Part shown: positions 27,701 through 35,823 of the stretch, in pieces | Layout of the letters: each line of letters starts with the position of its first letter | Position numbering within the stretch: the stretch's first letter is position 1 | DNA from: a phage | Strand: one strand, 5' to 3' | Sequence record: NC_103567.1 | DNA length: 49,223 nucleotides | Position numbers and translations under genes: made by a program | Notes under the pieces: generated by a model | The model's database searches: none | Told to the model about the DNA's origin: nothing | The model's input: only the letters and a program-made list of their open reading frames with translations

Positions 27701-28517
27701 TGGTGATACCCAATCAGCGGTTAACCAGAAACTTGATTCTTGGGTTAATGCCGATAGCGTAGGCGCGATGTACGGCGTTAAGTTGGGGTTACGTTACAAC
27801 GGGCAGGAATATAGCGCTGGTATGGCTCTTTCCCTTGTTGGTGACGGATCAGGAGTTAAATCACAATTCCTGTTTGATGCTGGACGATTTGCGATCATAA
27901 ACAACCAACAGAGCGGAGGTTTTACACTACCGTTTGTTGTTGAGAATAATCAGGTGTTTATCAACAGCTTGCTTGTGAAAAATGGCTCTATTGGTAACGC
28001 TCAGATTGCGGATCAGATTAACTCTAACAACTGGAGCAGCGGCGCGGCTGGATGGATGATTAATAAGAATGGTTATGCTGAATTTAACCAGATAACGGTA
28101 AGGGGTACAGTGTACGCAAACGCCGGATCATTCACTGGTAACGTTTACGCTACTGATGGTTGGTTTAGGGGTACTGTTTACGCTGAAAAAATCGAGGGCG
28201 ACGTTGCAAAGGCTGTTGTGCTTGGGTTTAACGGATCGGTTCACATTCCGGCAGTAAACTACGACAGACACCTTGTGATTCCTTATGTTGGTTTGCATGG
28301 CTATACCTATTCAGGCGGTACGTGGGGCGGTGGTACTGTTTGGGTTGATTCATCATATGGCGGTCGCTTGGCTAACGTTCAAGCTACGGCTATGCATGGC
28401 GGTTCAAGTGGATACCTTCTGTTACCAGCGGGTAACGCAACAACGCTTTCATATGGTGGCAACCTGAACCACGCTAACGCGGTTCCAGTATTAACAATAC
28501 TGCTATTCAAAGCATAA
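24741..28517 (+). CDS. tail tip / host specificity protein (lambda J-like central fibre)
   Basis: 1258-aa ORF at the end of the tail block. Confidence 0.8.
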   Translation: MVKNMITGSKGGSSKPHTPVEMEDNLISINRIRILLAVSDGEVDPDFSLKDLYFDDVPVMNQDGSLNFQNVKAEFRPGSQTQDYIQGFTDTASEITVARDLTAATPYIISVTNKNLSAIRIKILMPRGFTQEDNGDLTGVRVEYAVDMAVDGAEYKEVLYDVIEGKTMSGYDRSRRIDLPAFNERVLLRVRRLTDSTSARVTDLIKMQSYAEVVDAKFRYPLTGLVYVEFDSELFPNALPNISIKKKWKIINVPSNYDPISRTYSGSWDGTWKKAWSNNPAFVLYDLITNQRYGLDQRELGIALDKWSIYECAQYCDQMVPDGKGGTEPRYLCDVVIQSQVEAYQLVRDICSIFRGMSFWNGESLSIVIDKPRDASYIFTNDNVVNGEFTYTFASEKSMYTQCNVTFDDEQNMYQQDVEGVFETEAALRFGYNSTSITAIGCTRRSEANRRGRWILKTNVKSTTVNFATGLEGMIPTVGDVIVVSDNFWSSALTLNLSGRLMEVNGLQVFTPFKVDARAGDRILVNKPDGKPVGRTIARVSDDGKTLTLNTTFGFDVKPDAVFAIERTDIAQQRYVVTGITKGDGDEEFVYNITAVEYDANKYDEIDYGVNIDDRPTSIVQPDILPAPENVKIESYSRVVQGASVETMHVSWDKVEYASLYEMQWRKDNGNWNNTPRTANKETEVEGIYAGNYHVRVRSVAANGSASGWSAIVSAGLTGKVGEPEKPINLTASDNEVFGIRVKWGMPEGSGDTAYIELHQAPNGADGHPIVDEATLLTLVPFPQYEYWHSILPAGHVVWYKARAVDKIGNVSDWTDFVRGMASDDTSIITDHIKVDIENSDGYKWLQENAIKANDKIHSTAESVIENALANDKDVRRMRVENGKRKAEFLQSLKLIADETEARVTQVTQMSAQFDEKLTAQNSELREVIANSTETISQRIDQLTATFESEIDGVKQDIKAQITDVNKAITNEAEARASADRALSTQIGDTQSAVNQKLDSWVNADSVGAMYGVKLGLRYNGQEYSAGMALSLVGDGSGVKSQFLFDAGRFAIINNQQSGGFTLPFVVENNQVFINSLLVKNGSIGNAQIADQINSNNWSSGAAGWMINKNGYAEFNQITVRGTVYANAGSFTGNVYATDGWFRGTVYAEKIEGDVAKAVVLGFNGSVHIPAVNYDRHLVIPYVGLHGYTYSGGTWGGGTVWVDSSYGGRLANVQATAMHGGSSGYLLLPAGNATTLSYGGNLNHANAVPVLTILLFKA

Positions 28518-28531
28518 AAGGAGGTAAATCA

Positions 28532-28570
28532 ATGCCCTGGCTTAACGGTCGGGGCATTTTGTTTTCTTTT
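28532..28570 (+). terminator. terminator-like hairpin with long loop plus T-rich tail after the J-like gene
   Basis: ATGCCC...GGGCAT stem followed by TTTTGTTTTCTTTT. Confidence 0.45.
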
Positions 28571-28577
28571 GTTCTAC

Positions 28578-28675
28578 GGTGTTCACAACTTAATCCGGCG
28601 TAGAATTGAGAACGTTATGACAACAAAAAGAACAAATTAAATATCTATATAATACATACACTTAGAGTTTAATTA
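28578..28675 (+). repeat. copy B of the duplicated ~100-bp control-region element
   Basis: Aligns with 138-235 and is followed by similar TATATA-rich and GT-rich blocks. Confidence 0.7.
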
Positions 28676-28921
28676 TTATTATATATATCTATTTGTATCC
28701 TTCTTGTTTCCATTGTTCTCTATGGTTTGTAGTGGTTGTGTGTTTTGTGTTGGTTGATGGTTATATATCACATGGTATGTATTTATATATGGTATGCGGC
28801 GTAAATGCGTGAACAATGGAACACAAAAACAACAATTAGTAAAATCATAAACTTACGATGTGATTTTGTTGTCAATGCTAGTTGTAAACGTATTCAAAAC
28901 AAAAAGAACACTTAAATGGTA

Positions 28922-28949
28922 TTGACTACATGAAACATTCACATATAAT
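28922..28949 (+). promoter_or_regulatory. strong sigma70-like early promoter (TTGACT-N16-TATAAT)
   Basis: Near-consensus hexamers about 30 bp upstream of the exonuclease gene. Confidence 0.65.
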
Positions 28950-28977
28950 GCAGACATACCAACGAGAGGATGAATAA

Positions 28978-30033
28978 ATGAGCGATTTTAAAGTTTACAC
29001 CTTTGACCAGTTAACCAACGGTGAATATCACGATCCGAAAGGCTGGGCGGCTGAATACGTTAGCGGTTCAAGCCTGGCAGAAATCTTTGCAAGTTGTCCG
29101 GCAGCGTGGAAATACAGACCACGCGAGGAAAGCAAAGCGCTTGTTTTCGGTACGCAGTCACACACAAACTTCCAGAGTAGTGAGCTATTCGCAAAAGAGT
29201 ACCGCAGAGCGCCAGCGCCGGAAGATTATGAAAACCTGATTACGAGCCAGGCAGCATTGGCAGCGAAATTAAAATCTTTTGGCCTGACTGGTACAAGCGG
29301 GAAAACGTATCCAGATCTGATTAAGATGATGGTTGATTGTGGTGAGGATCTAAATGTGCAATGGCTCATTGAAATGATCGCAGAAAGCCAGGCGCGAGCG
29401 GATAACGTTGAATTGGTTCCGGCTAAAGATTACGACGCTTGCGTTACCATGCGCCGCGTACTGGAAAGCATACCTGAACACAACGCTTGCATGAATAGCC
29501 CAACAGCACAACGCGAGCTATCAATTTTCGGAACTATCAAAGGCGTGAAAGTCAAAGTAAGGCTTGACCATGTTGATATTTGCAAAGATGTGCTTGCAAC
29601 GGTGATTTCCGGTTATGATGGTGAAGGTAATCCGGTATATGAAACAACGCGATTTGATGAAGCGATTGTGATCACGGATTATAAAACAACGTCAAGCGCT
29701 AACCCGTCAGAGTTTGCAAGGCTGGCATTCAATCACGGCTACTACTTGAAAATGGCATTGCAACATGACTTATTCAAGAAAGCGTATCCAGAAGAAACGC
29801 GCCCCGTAGTAGTCAGATTGCTGGCGCAGGAAAAGAAAGAGCCTTATTTACCGATTGCATACCGCATGACGGATGAACAATTGAAGATCGGACGACTTCA
29901 ATACATGAGCGTGATAAACCAGTTTGCAGAATGCCAGGTAAATGACGTTTGGCCTTCATACGCAAACGGAGAGCCGGAAATTGACCTTCAAACGCCTGAT
30001 TGGGTTCGTCGTCAATACAAAGGTTTTTTATAA
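28978..30033 (+). CDS. recombination exonuclease (PD-(D/E)xK, RecE/RecB-family-like)
   Basis: 351 aa; RLDHVD ... VITDYKTT fits a D...(D/E)xK nuclease core; GAGAGGA RBS; first gene of the exo-annealase-SSB module. Confidence 0.7.
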   Translation: MSDFKVYTFDQLTNGEYHDPKGWAAEYVSGSSLAEIFASCPAAWKYRPREESKALVFGTQSHTNFQSSELFAKEYRRAPAPEDYENLITSQAALAAKLKSFGLTGTSGKTYPDLIKMMVDCGEDLNVQWLIEMIAESQARADNVELVPAKDYDACVTMRRVLESIPEHNACMNSPTAQRELSIFGTIKGVKVKVRLDHVDICKDVLATVISGYDGEGNPVYETTRFDEAIVITDYKTTSSANPSEFARLAFNHGYYLKMALQHDLFKKAYPEETRPVVVRLLAQEKKEPYLPIAYRMTDEQLKIGRLQYMSVINQFAECQVNDVWPSYANGEPEIDLQTPDWVRRQYKGFL

Positions 30034-30053
30034 ATAGCACTTTTTGCTAAAAC
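30033..30053 (+). promoter_or_regulatory. 21-bp motif, class I
   Basis: AATAGCACTTTTTGCTAAAAC then 8-bp inverted repeat GATGCGTG...CACGCATC enclosing TGGTATACT. Confidence 0.6.
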
Positions 30054-30110
30054 TGCCATTCGATGCGTGGTATACTACACGCATCAACCAACGAGAGAGA
30101 GGAAACAAAA

Positions 30111-30401
30111 ATGGAACAGCAATTCAATGAGCAAGACATTCAAGATGTGCGCGATCACGTAGGCGGATTTGTAAACGCATTAGGAATTATGCAACGCCAG
30201 TTCTTGCGCGTAATTGATCCAAGCGAATCACCGGAAACTCTTGAATATGTTCGCAAGGTTGCATATTCGATTGATAACGTTGTGTTAACGGTTCTTCAAA
30301 TGGAAAATAACGAAGAACACCGCAAGATGATTAATCAGGCAAGTGAAATCATGATCCAGAATTTGATTGATTATCACAACGATAACGAAGAAAAGCATTA
30401 A
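30111..30401 (+). CDS. hypothetical acidic protein
   Basis: ORF track 30063-30401; internal ATG 30111 has GAGAGAGAGG RBS. Confidence 0.55.
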   Translation: MEQQFNEQDIQDVRDHVGGFVNALGIMQRQFLRVIDPSESPETLEYVRKVAYSIDNVVLTVLQMENNEEHRKMINQASEIMIQNLIDYHNDNEEKH

Positions 30402-30447
30402 TTAACACGGCGGCGCAAGCCGCCATTATTAAACCGGAGTCAATGAA

Positions 30448-31110
30448 ATGAAATTATCAGATCAAAACGCAAACGTAATTAAGGCATTGTTTGAGGCGCG
30501 TCAGTTATTCACAAAAGTAAAAAAGGATAAGCAAAATACGCACCTTAAAAATAAATATGCAACGCTTGACAGTGTTCTTGATGCAATTATGCCTGGGCTT
30601 ACTGATAAGGGTTTATTCCTGACGCAAGATCAGAAAGTCAGTGAAGATCTTAAATCAATGACTGTATTCACGCGATTCATTCATGTTGAATCAAATGAAT
30701 GGGTTGAATATAGTTTCACGTTGCCAATGCAGAAATTAGATCCACAAGGCGGCGGCTCAACAAACAGCTATGCGAGACGTTATGCTCTTTGCACGGCTCT
30801 TGGCCTGGCAACGGCTGACGATGACGCAAATCTTGCCACCAAAAACGCGCAGGATTGGAAAAAAGATCTTGATGTTTGCGATAACCTTACAGACTTGCAA
30901 GAAACGTTTAAAACGGCTTACAAGCAATCTGACGCGGCTAACAGGAGAATCATTAAAGAGCATTACGACAAGCTAAAAGCAAAAATGGAAATCGGAAAGG
31001 CTCGCGGTTTTAATCCGGCAGCGCCAGCGGCTAATGTTGCGAAGAAGGAAAATGTTGAAAACGAGCCGCAACAGGAAGTAAAATCTCAATCTATCACAGA
31101 CTTTGAATAA
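30448..31110 (+). CDS. erf: Erf-family single-strand annealing protein
   Basis: 220 aa; HLKNKYATLDSVL...KGLFLT and GGSTNSYARRYALCTALGLATADDD resemble conserved Erf segments recalled from P22 Erf. Confidence 0.7.
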   Translation: MKLSDQNANVIKALFEARQLFTKVKKDKQNTHLKNKYATLDSVLDAIMPGLTDKGLFLTQDQKVSEDLKSMTVFTRFIHVESNEWVEYSFTLPMQKLDPQGGGSTNSYARRYALCTALGLATADDDANLATKNAQDWKKDLDVCDNLTDLQETFKTAYKQSDAANRRIIKEHYDKLKAKMEIGKARGFNPAAPAANVAKKENVENEPQQEVKSQSITDFE

Positions 31111-31148
31111 ATTAACGTGGGGCGGTAACGCCCCAATAAGGATTAAGA

Positions 31149-31574
31149 ATGCACGTAATCACCGGAGAAATTCGCAAAGAGCCATTTGTAAAGCAAGGCG
31201 CAAACGGCACATTATACATCGTTGAGCTTTCGGAGTCATTTAAAGATCGTGAAGGTAATCGACAATACACCAATTACAAATTCTTCTTTAATGCTAAAAG
31301 CGACGGCATGAATAATTGGTATCGTGAAGCATTTCAGCAGGGTAAAGTTATTTCTGTATCATGCGATCAGTTACGCATTGATAGCCAGGAATACAACGGG
31401 CAGATTTATAACACATTGACGGCGGCGGGTTTTCCTAATCTTTTATTCAGTCAACGCGGAGAAGGGCAAGCGCCACAACAGCAGCAACCTCGACAGCAAC
31501 AACAAGCGCCACGCCAGCAAGCGCCTCAAAACAACGAGCCGCCTATGGATTTTGATGATGATATCCCATTCTGA
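31149..31574 (+). CDS. ssb: single-stranded DNA-binding protein
   Basis: 141 aa with Gln/Pro-rich linker and C-terminal acidic tail DFDDDIPF. Confidence 0.8.
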   Translation: MHVITGEIRKEPFVKQGANGTLYIVELSESFKDREGNRQYTNYKFFFNAKSDGMNNWYREAFQQGKVISVSCDQLRIDSQEYNGQIYNTLTAAGFPNLLFSQRGEGQAPQQQQPRQQQQAPRQQAPQNNEPPMDFDDDIPF

Positions 31575-31575
31575 T

Positions 31576-31606
31576 AAAAGAAAAGGAGCCGAAAGGCTCC
31601 TTTTTT
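31576..31606. terminator. bidirectional rho-independent terminator between convergent ssb and tail fibre genes
   Basis: GGAGCCGAAAGGCTCC hairpin flanked by an A-run upstream and a T-run downstream. Confidence 0.7.
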
Positions 31607-31607
31607 A

Positions 31608-33980
31608 TTACTTAGCAATCTGAATAAACATTGATTGCATTTCCTCGATCATCTTTTTCATTTCTGCTACTTCATTTTTTAGCTCATTGATTTCATCTTG
31701 TTGCTTCTGAATGGTTTCATTCTGCTTATCTGAATCATCAATCATTTCATTAATTGCGTTAACCAAAAGAGCAGTTACACCGCCATAGCTAACGCCTAAA
31801 ATTTCAGAATCAGATACCTTGTAAACCGCTTCCGGCAAAACAGTCTGAACATCTTGAGCTATTACGCCAGCTTCCTCAGAGTAGAAAGAATTTTCATCTT
31901 CTTCTAGGCTATTGCGCTTAAAGTAAGTGTATCCCTTAATTGATTTAACTTTATCTTTGGCGCTTTTAATCTCCTTTAGATTTGCCTTTAGTCGAATATC
32001 AGATGTATTAACCCATTGAACAGCGCTTGCATAACCAGCATCATTAAAAGTGTATGATGTACCTCTTACGTTTAGGTGAGCTTCGCAACCTCCAGCGCCA
32101 TATCTGGCAACATCTATACCAAAAACCCAATCATAACCCCACCTTACAACCTTAACAACGTTAACGGCTACATCATCGCCTGGAAGTTCAACAAGCATAC
32201 CAGCGGCGCGATCACGCCATGCAGTAAAAGCACCACCCTCAACATGCCCACCTATAAAGCAATTCGCACCACCCCTCCTAACACCTTCAACATAAGCAAA
32301 ACGTGCATCTTCTGGAGCAAATGATTGAATAGTTCTGTATGCAACATTGCCACTCTTTGTAAATGCAAACATCACTTGATTATCAGCAATAGCTTGAAGA
32401 ATGCCATCTCCATTTTGCCTAAATCCAGTATCAGTATCTCCAATTACTATAGAGTTACTACCAAGAGCATTACCAATCCCCCTACCGATTGTTATTGAGT
32501 TGTAATTCAGCGCGTTGCCACTTTCATCAAACTGATAATAGTTTGTGTCGCCACCTTCTCTAGTTACTTGAATAGTTGCCTTTGCAATCCCACCCTGAAT
32601 TTCGTTGTAAACCCTTGAATACGAAATCTGTACTCCTTCTGCATTTTTGTTTAACAAATAAAGTATGCCGGAGTTTGCAGAGTTTTTTTCTGTTAGGCTT
32701 ATTCCTCTAAAAACAGGAATGTCAGTTTCACCAATGCCAAAATTACTCCTTGCTTGCCCTATGCTTTGAGCGCCAGTGCCTCCTCGTTCGATGTGTAATG
32801 GTTTGATGTTTCCATAATCATCTTGAACACCCCACACACCATTGTTAGCTACAAGCATATTTAGTTTTCCATCAGGTGATTTTATGGAGTTAAAATCTCC
32901 TGGTGTTTCGCTAGTAATGCAAAAAACACCTTGCACACGAAAGTTTTTTCTTGCACCTTCAATATTTTCCGCACCAGTGCCGCCAGCACCAACAGAAAGA
33001 GCGGATGTGCTGTTATCGCTATTTCTTGCAACTCGCCACTCGCCGTTGTTTGCGATCCGTAATTCATAAGTCCATGCAGGGTTACGAAATGAGTTATAAT
33101 CACCTGGATTTTGCCCCTTAACTGAATTAACAGCCTCAACTTTCAGCGCCTCCCTTGCTAAATCTTTATTAGCAAGATCATTAAGATTCTGATCCTTATG
33201 CAGAAGGTTTTCAGGGTTAACTTGTTGTGCCCATTGGCGAGCTTCATCACGCGCAGTTTCAGCTCCAGCCTTTGCAGAGTCGGCGGCAATCTTTGATTGT
33301 TCAGCGGCAAGTTGTGATTCCTTTGCTGCATCGCGAGCATTAACAGCCTCGTTTTTAATTGATCCAATTTCAGCAACGGCGCTATCTTTTATTTGTTGCG
33401 TCTGCGTTTTTATTGCGTCAGTGTCTGCCTTAATCTGATTGGTTTCATAAACAGCAGCATCCTTAATCCGTTGAGTTTCTGCAATCGCAGTATCTTTAAT
33501 TTGCGTAGTCTCAGAAACAGCGGCATCCTTAATAGCTTGCGTGTCGTTTTTTAATTGCTCAGTTGCGGCGCGATCTGCATCCGTTTTTTGTGCGGAAGAC
33601 TCAGCGCGAGCAACAAGATCCTGTAATGTTTTAAGGTCAAAGTTTTTGAAGAATTCAATTGCTTCCTCAATAACCGTTTCTTTACTTTGGTAATATCTCA
33701 GCGTTTCCGCTACATCTTGCGCCATTCCATCGACAGTTAGCGAGTCATTCAACAGGATTACATAATTTCCGTTTGCTACTGGCTCGCCGTCAGTCTGGAT
33801 CGCTTTCATTTCCGTGTCGCTTACAATATCGCTGATAACCGCCAGCTTTAAAGGCGTGGTTAAAAAAACGATTGTTGCGCCAGTGCGAATAAGAGAAAGC
33901 GGCTCACGCCATTTTGTGCCAGTACCAGTGATAACGCCTTGTGCGTCCATTGCAGCCGTACCAGTGCGATATAAAGCCAT
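31608..33980 (-). CDS. tail fibre with C-terminal intramolecular chaperone (peptidase S74-like) domain
   Basis: 790 aa; internal ~11-aa repeats (IKDAAVSETTQIKDTAIAETQRIKDAAV...); C-terminal SDIRLKANLKEI...coiled coil resembles the auto-cleaving chaperone domain. Confidence 0.7.
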   Translation of the reverse strand: MALYRTGTAAMDAQGVITGTGTKWREPLSLIRTGATIVFLTTPLKLAVISDIVSDTEMKAIQTDGEPVANGNYVILLNDSLTVDGMAQDVAETLRYYQSKETVIEEAIEFFKNFDLKTLQDLVARAESSAQKTDADRAATEQLKNDTQAIKDAAVSETTQIKDTAIAETQRIKDAAVYETNQIKADTDAIKTQTQQIKDSAVAEIGSIKNEAVNARDAAKESQLAAEQSKIAADSAKAGAETARDEARQWAQQVNPENLLHKDQNLNDLANKDLAREALKVEAVNSVKGQNPGDYNSFRNPAWTYELRIANNGEWRVARNSDNSTSALSVGAGGTGAENIEGARKNFRVQGVFCITSETPGDFNSIKSPDGKLNMLVANNGVWGVQDDYGNIKPLHIERGGTGAQSIGQARSNFGIGETDIPVFRGISLTEKNSANSGILYLLNKNAEGVQISYSRVYNEIQGGIAKATIQVTREGGDTNYYQFDESGNALNYNSITIGRGIGNALGSNSIVIGDTDTGFRQNGDGILQAIADNQVMFAFTKSGNVAYRTIQSFAPEDARFAYVEGVRRGGANCFIGGHVEGGAFTAWRDRAAGMLVELPGDDVAVNVVKVVRWGYDWVFGIDVARYGAGGCEAHLNVRGTSYTFNDAGYASAVQWVNTSDIRLKANLKEIKSAKDKVKSIKGYTYFKRNSLEEDENSFYSEEAGVIAQDVQTVLPEAVYKVSDSEILGVSYGGVTALLVNAINEMIDDSDKQNETIQKQQDEINELKNEVAEMKKMIEEMQSMFIQIAK

Positions 33981-33991
33981 AATTTCACCTC

Positions 33992-34011
33992 ATAGCATTT
34001 TTTGTTAAAAT
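33992..34011 (+). promoter_or_regulatory. 21-bp motif variant (ATAGCATTTTTTGTTAAAAT), orphan copy pointing antisense to the primase gene
   Basis: Plus-strand orientation between two minus-strand genes; followed by CCATTTGTTACATG and GC hairpin CCCCGCCGAAGCGGGG. Confidence 0.45.
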
Positions 34012-34050
34012 AGGTCATGTAATTATGCTACAGCCATTTGTTACATGCAA

Positions 34051-34073
34051 TAAAAAACCCCGCCGAAGCGGGG
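34051..34073 (-). terminator. rho-independent terminator for the primase transcript
   Basis: On the minus strand CCCCGCTTCGGCGGGG followed by T6. Confidence 0.65.
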
Positions 34074-34140
34074 CATCGTTAACGACAACGAGAAGTCAAT
34101 GAAACAGATTCATCGAAAAGTGTTAGTAGCAGGATGAATA

Positions 34141-35067
34141 TTATAATAAGTCACTTGCCTTGTAAAGCCTCCGCTCTATTCCATTTTTGAATTTACCGTT
34201 AATTGGTAACATTACGTCTAATTCGCGATCATCAGCAGCAATCAAAGTATCGCGATCATTAGCATGGCACACAACGCGCATTTTGCGATCACCTTTGTAG
34301 CGATACGCTACTATTTCAAGATTCGACGCAGAGAAGCAAGCCCATACTTCTTGTCCCGTAGCTAGGTGGATATGTTGCGCATCAATCCAATCAACGCAAA
34401 GGTAAATTGTTTTGTCAGTCTTGCCAGTTACCGCAACGGAGCCGCGCGTGTAATCCTTAGCGTAAAAACTGCTTTGACCTTCCTCATTGACGAAAAGAAT
34501 ATTACACATTTCATCATCCAGTTCATCGCTATGCACCAAGTGGCAAGGAATTGCGTGTATATGCTCGCAATATCCATTGTCATGAGTTTTTACTCCAACT
34601 TGATACGATTCGCCGTCTAATGGATAAAACGCCTCAAAAACGCTTAGATTTGTTATTTCCATGCGTTCAGTTTTATCCATCACCTCAACACATTTTTCAT
34701 GTGGTGCTTGCGATCCGAAATTGTAACCTGAGTCACGTTTTGCCGCTTTGTTGGCCTTGTTGACAACCTCAACCGGAACCAGGTTTAACCATTCTCCTAG
34801 AGTGTCGATTGCTTCACTGTAATTTTCACCACGTATGCGCATGAATAATCCGATCCCTGAATCATTCCCGCATTGGTTGCAAATGTTTCCGCCGTCGCCT
34901 TTCTCGTTGATTTTGTCAGTCCAACGAAAGCGATCTTTACCGCCGCAATAAGGGCAAGGCTGATGCTTTCCGTTAAAGGTTAATTGAGGAATATCGCAAA
35001 GTTTCATCAATGCCGCTTGCCACATGCCGCGCATCTTTGGGATTACTTCTTCTTTTTGATAATGCAT
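34141..35067 (-). CDS. DNA primase (zinc-ribbon plus Toprim-like)
   Basis: 308 aa; CPYCGGKDRFRW...CNQCG matches the primase zinc-ribbon pattern CPxCGGxDRF...CxxCG. Confidence 0.7.
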   Translation of the reverse strand: MHYQKEEVIPKMRGMWQAALMKLCDIPQLTFNGKHQPCPYCGGKDRFRWTDKINEKGDGGNICNQCGNDSGIGLFMRIRGENYSEAIDTLGEWLNLVPVEVVNKANKAAKRDSGYNFGSQAPHEKCVEVMDKTERMEITNLSVFEAFYPLDGESYQVGVKTHDNGYCEHIHAIPCHLVHSDELDDEMCNILFVNEEGQSSFYAKDYTRGSVAVTGKTDKTIYLCVDWIDAQHIHLATGQEVWACFSASNLEIVAYRYKGDRKMRVVCHANDRDTLIAADDRELDVMLPINGKFKNGIERRLYKASDLL

Positions 35068-35082
35068 TTCTCAACATCCAAA

Positions 35083-35116
35083 TAAAAAAAACTGGCACGA
35101 TGATAAACCATGCCAG
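35083..35116 (-). terminator. rho-independent terminator between the HTH gene and the primase gene
   Basis: On the minus strand CTGGCATGG...CGTGCCAG hairpin followed by a long T-run. Confidence 0.6.
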
Positions 35117-35126
35117 GCCGGAATTT

Positions 35127-35735
35127 TTAGCAATCAGTGCTATCGACGGAAATCACAACGCGTTTCTTCTGATTGGCTTCCTTTGCTTTGCGCCGTTCTT
35201 CTTTCGCCTTGTCTCGTTCAGCCTTGCGCCGCGCTTTCTCCTTCTCGCGTTCTTCTGGACTCATAGACCGCAACGGATCGTAAGGACGCACAAATCCTCT
35301 TGCTTCCGCTTCCTCTTTGGTTACAAATCGCATGAGCTTTCTGTTGCTGCAACGATTCTCTAATGGCTTGCCGTTGTTGTCAAAGCGCAAATCTGGACGG
35401 CAATATGAAGCGCGGAAGCCGTTAAAACCTTTGCGGCGGTAATCCTTTTGGATCAGTTCAGCGCCTTTAGCTGAAATCATGCCGCGCTCTTTCCATCCCC
35501 ACACTGTTTTAAGGTTAACGCCAATCTCACGCGCCAACGCAGCACAGCCGCCATAAGCGCTAACCACCTCATCAAGCCTCGCTTTTAATCCTGCCCTTAC
35601 TTCTTCCTTTAGTACCAGATAACCGCTAACAGGTGCGCGGCGCTTCCGGTCTTTACCACGCCTTACGCCGTTGTTACCATTGATTGTGCGTTTGTCGATT
35701 TCGCCCGTTGAGGCCGCAATTTTGATTTCGCTCAT
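35127..35735 (-). CDS. DNA-binding protein with predicted helix-turn-helix and highly basic C-terminal tail
   Basis: 202 aa; GCAALAREIGVNLKTVWGWKERG looks like an HTH; C-terminus KEKARRKAERDKAKEERRKAKEANQKK. Confidence 0.6.
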   Translation of the reverse strand: MSEIKIAASTGEIDKRTINGNNGVRRGKDRKRRAPVSGYLVLKEEVRAGLKARLDEVVSAYGGCAALAREIGVNLKTVWGWKERGMISAKGAELIQKDYRRKGFNGFRASYCRPDLRFDNNGKPLENRCSNRKLMRFVTKEEAEARGFVRPYDPLRSMSPEEREKEKARRKAERDKAKEERRKAKEANQKKRVVISVDSTDC

Positions 35736-35745
35736 ATTTTCACCT

Positions 35746-35767
35746 ATAGCACTTTTTGCTAAAAAAC
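35746..35767 (+). promoter_or_regulatory. 21-bp motif, class I variant
   Basis: TATAGCACTTTTTGCTAAAAAAC, then TGTGTATGAT -10-like element; helicase gene follows. Confidence 0.55.
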
Positions 35768-35823
35768 TTGATTAAGTTTGTGTATGATATGCCGCAAATG
35801 GCATTTAGTCAAAAGGATAAAAA

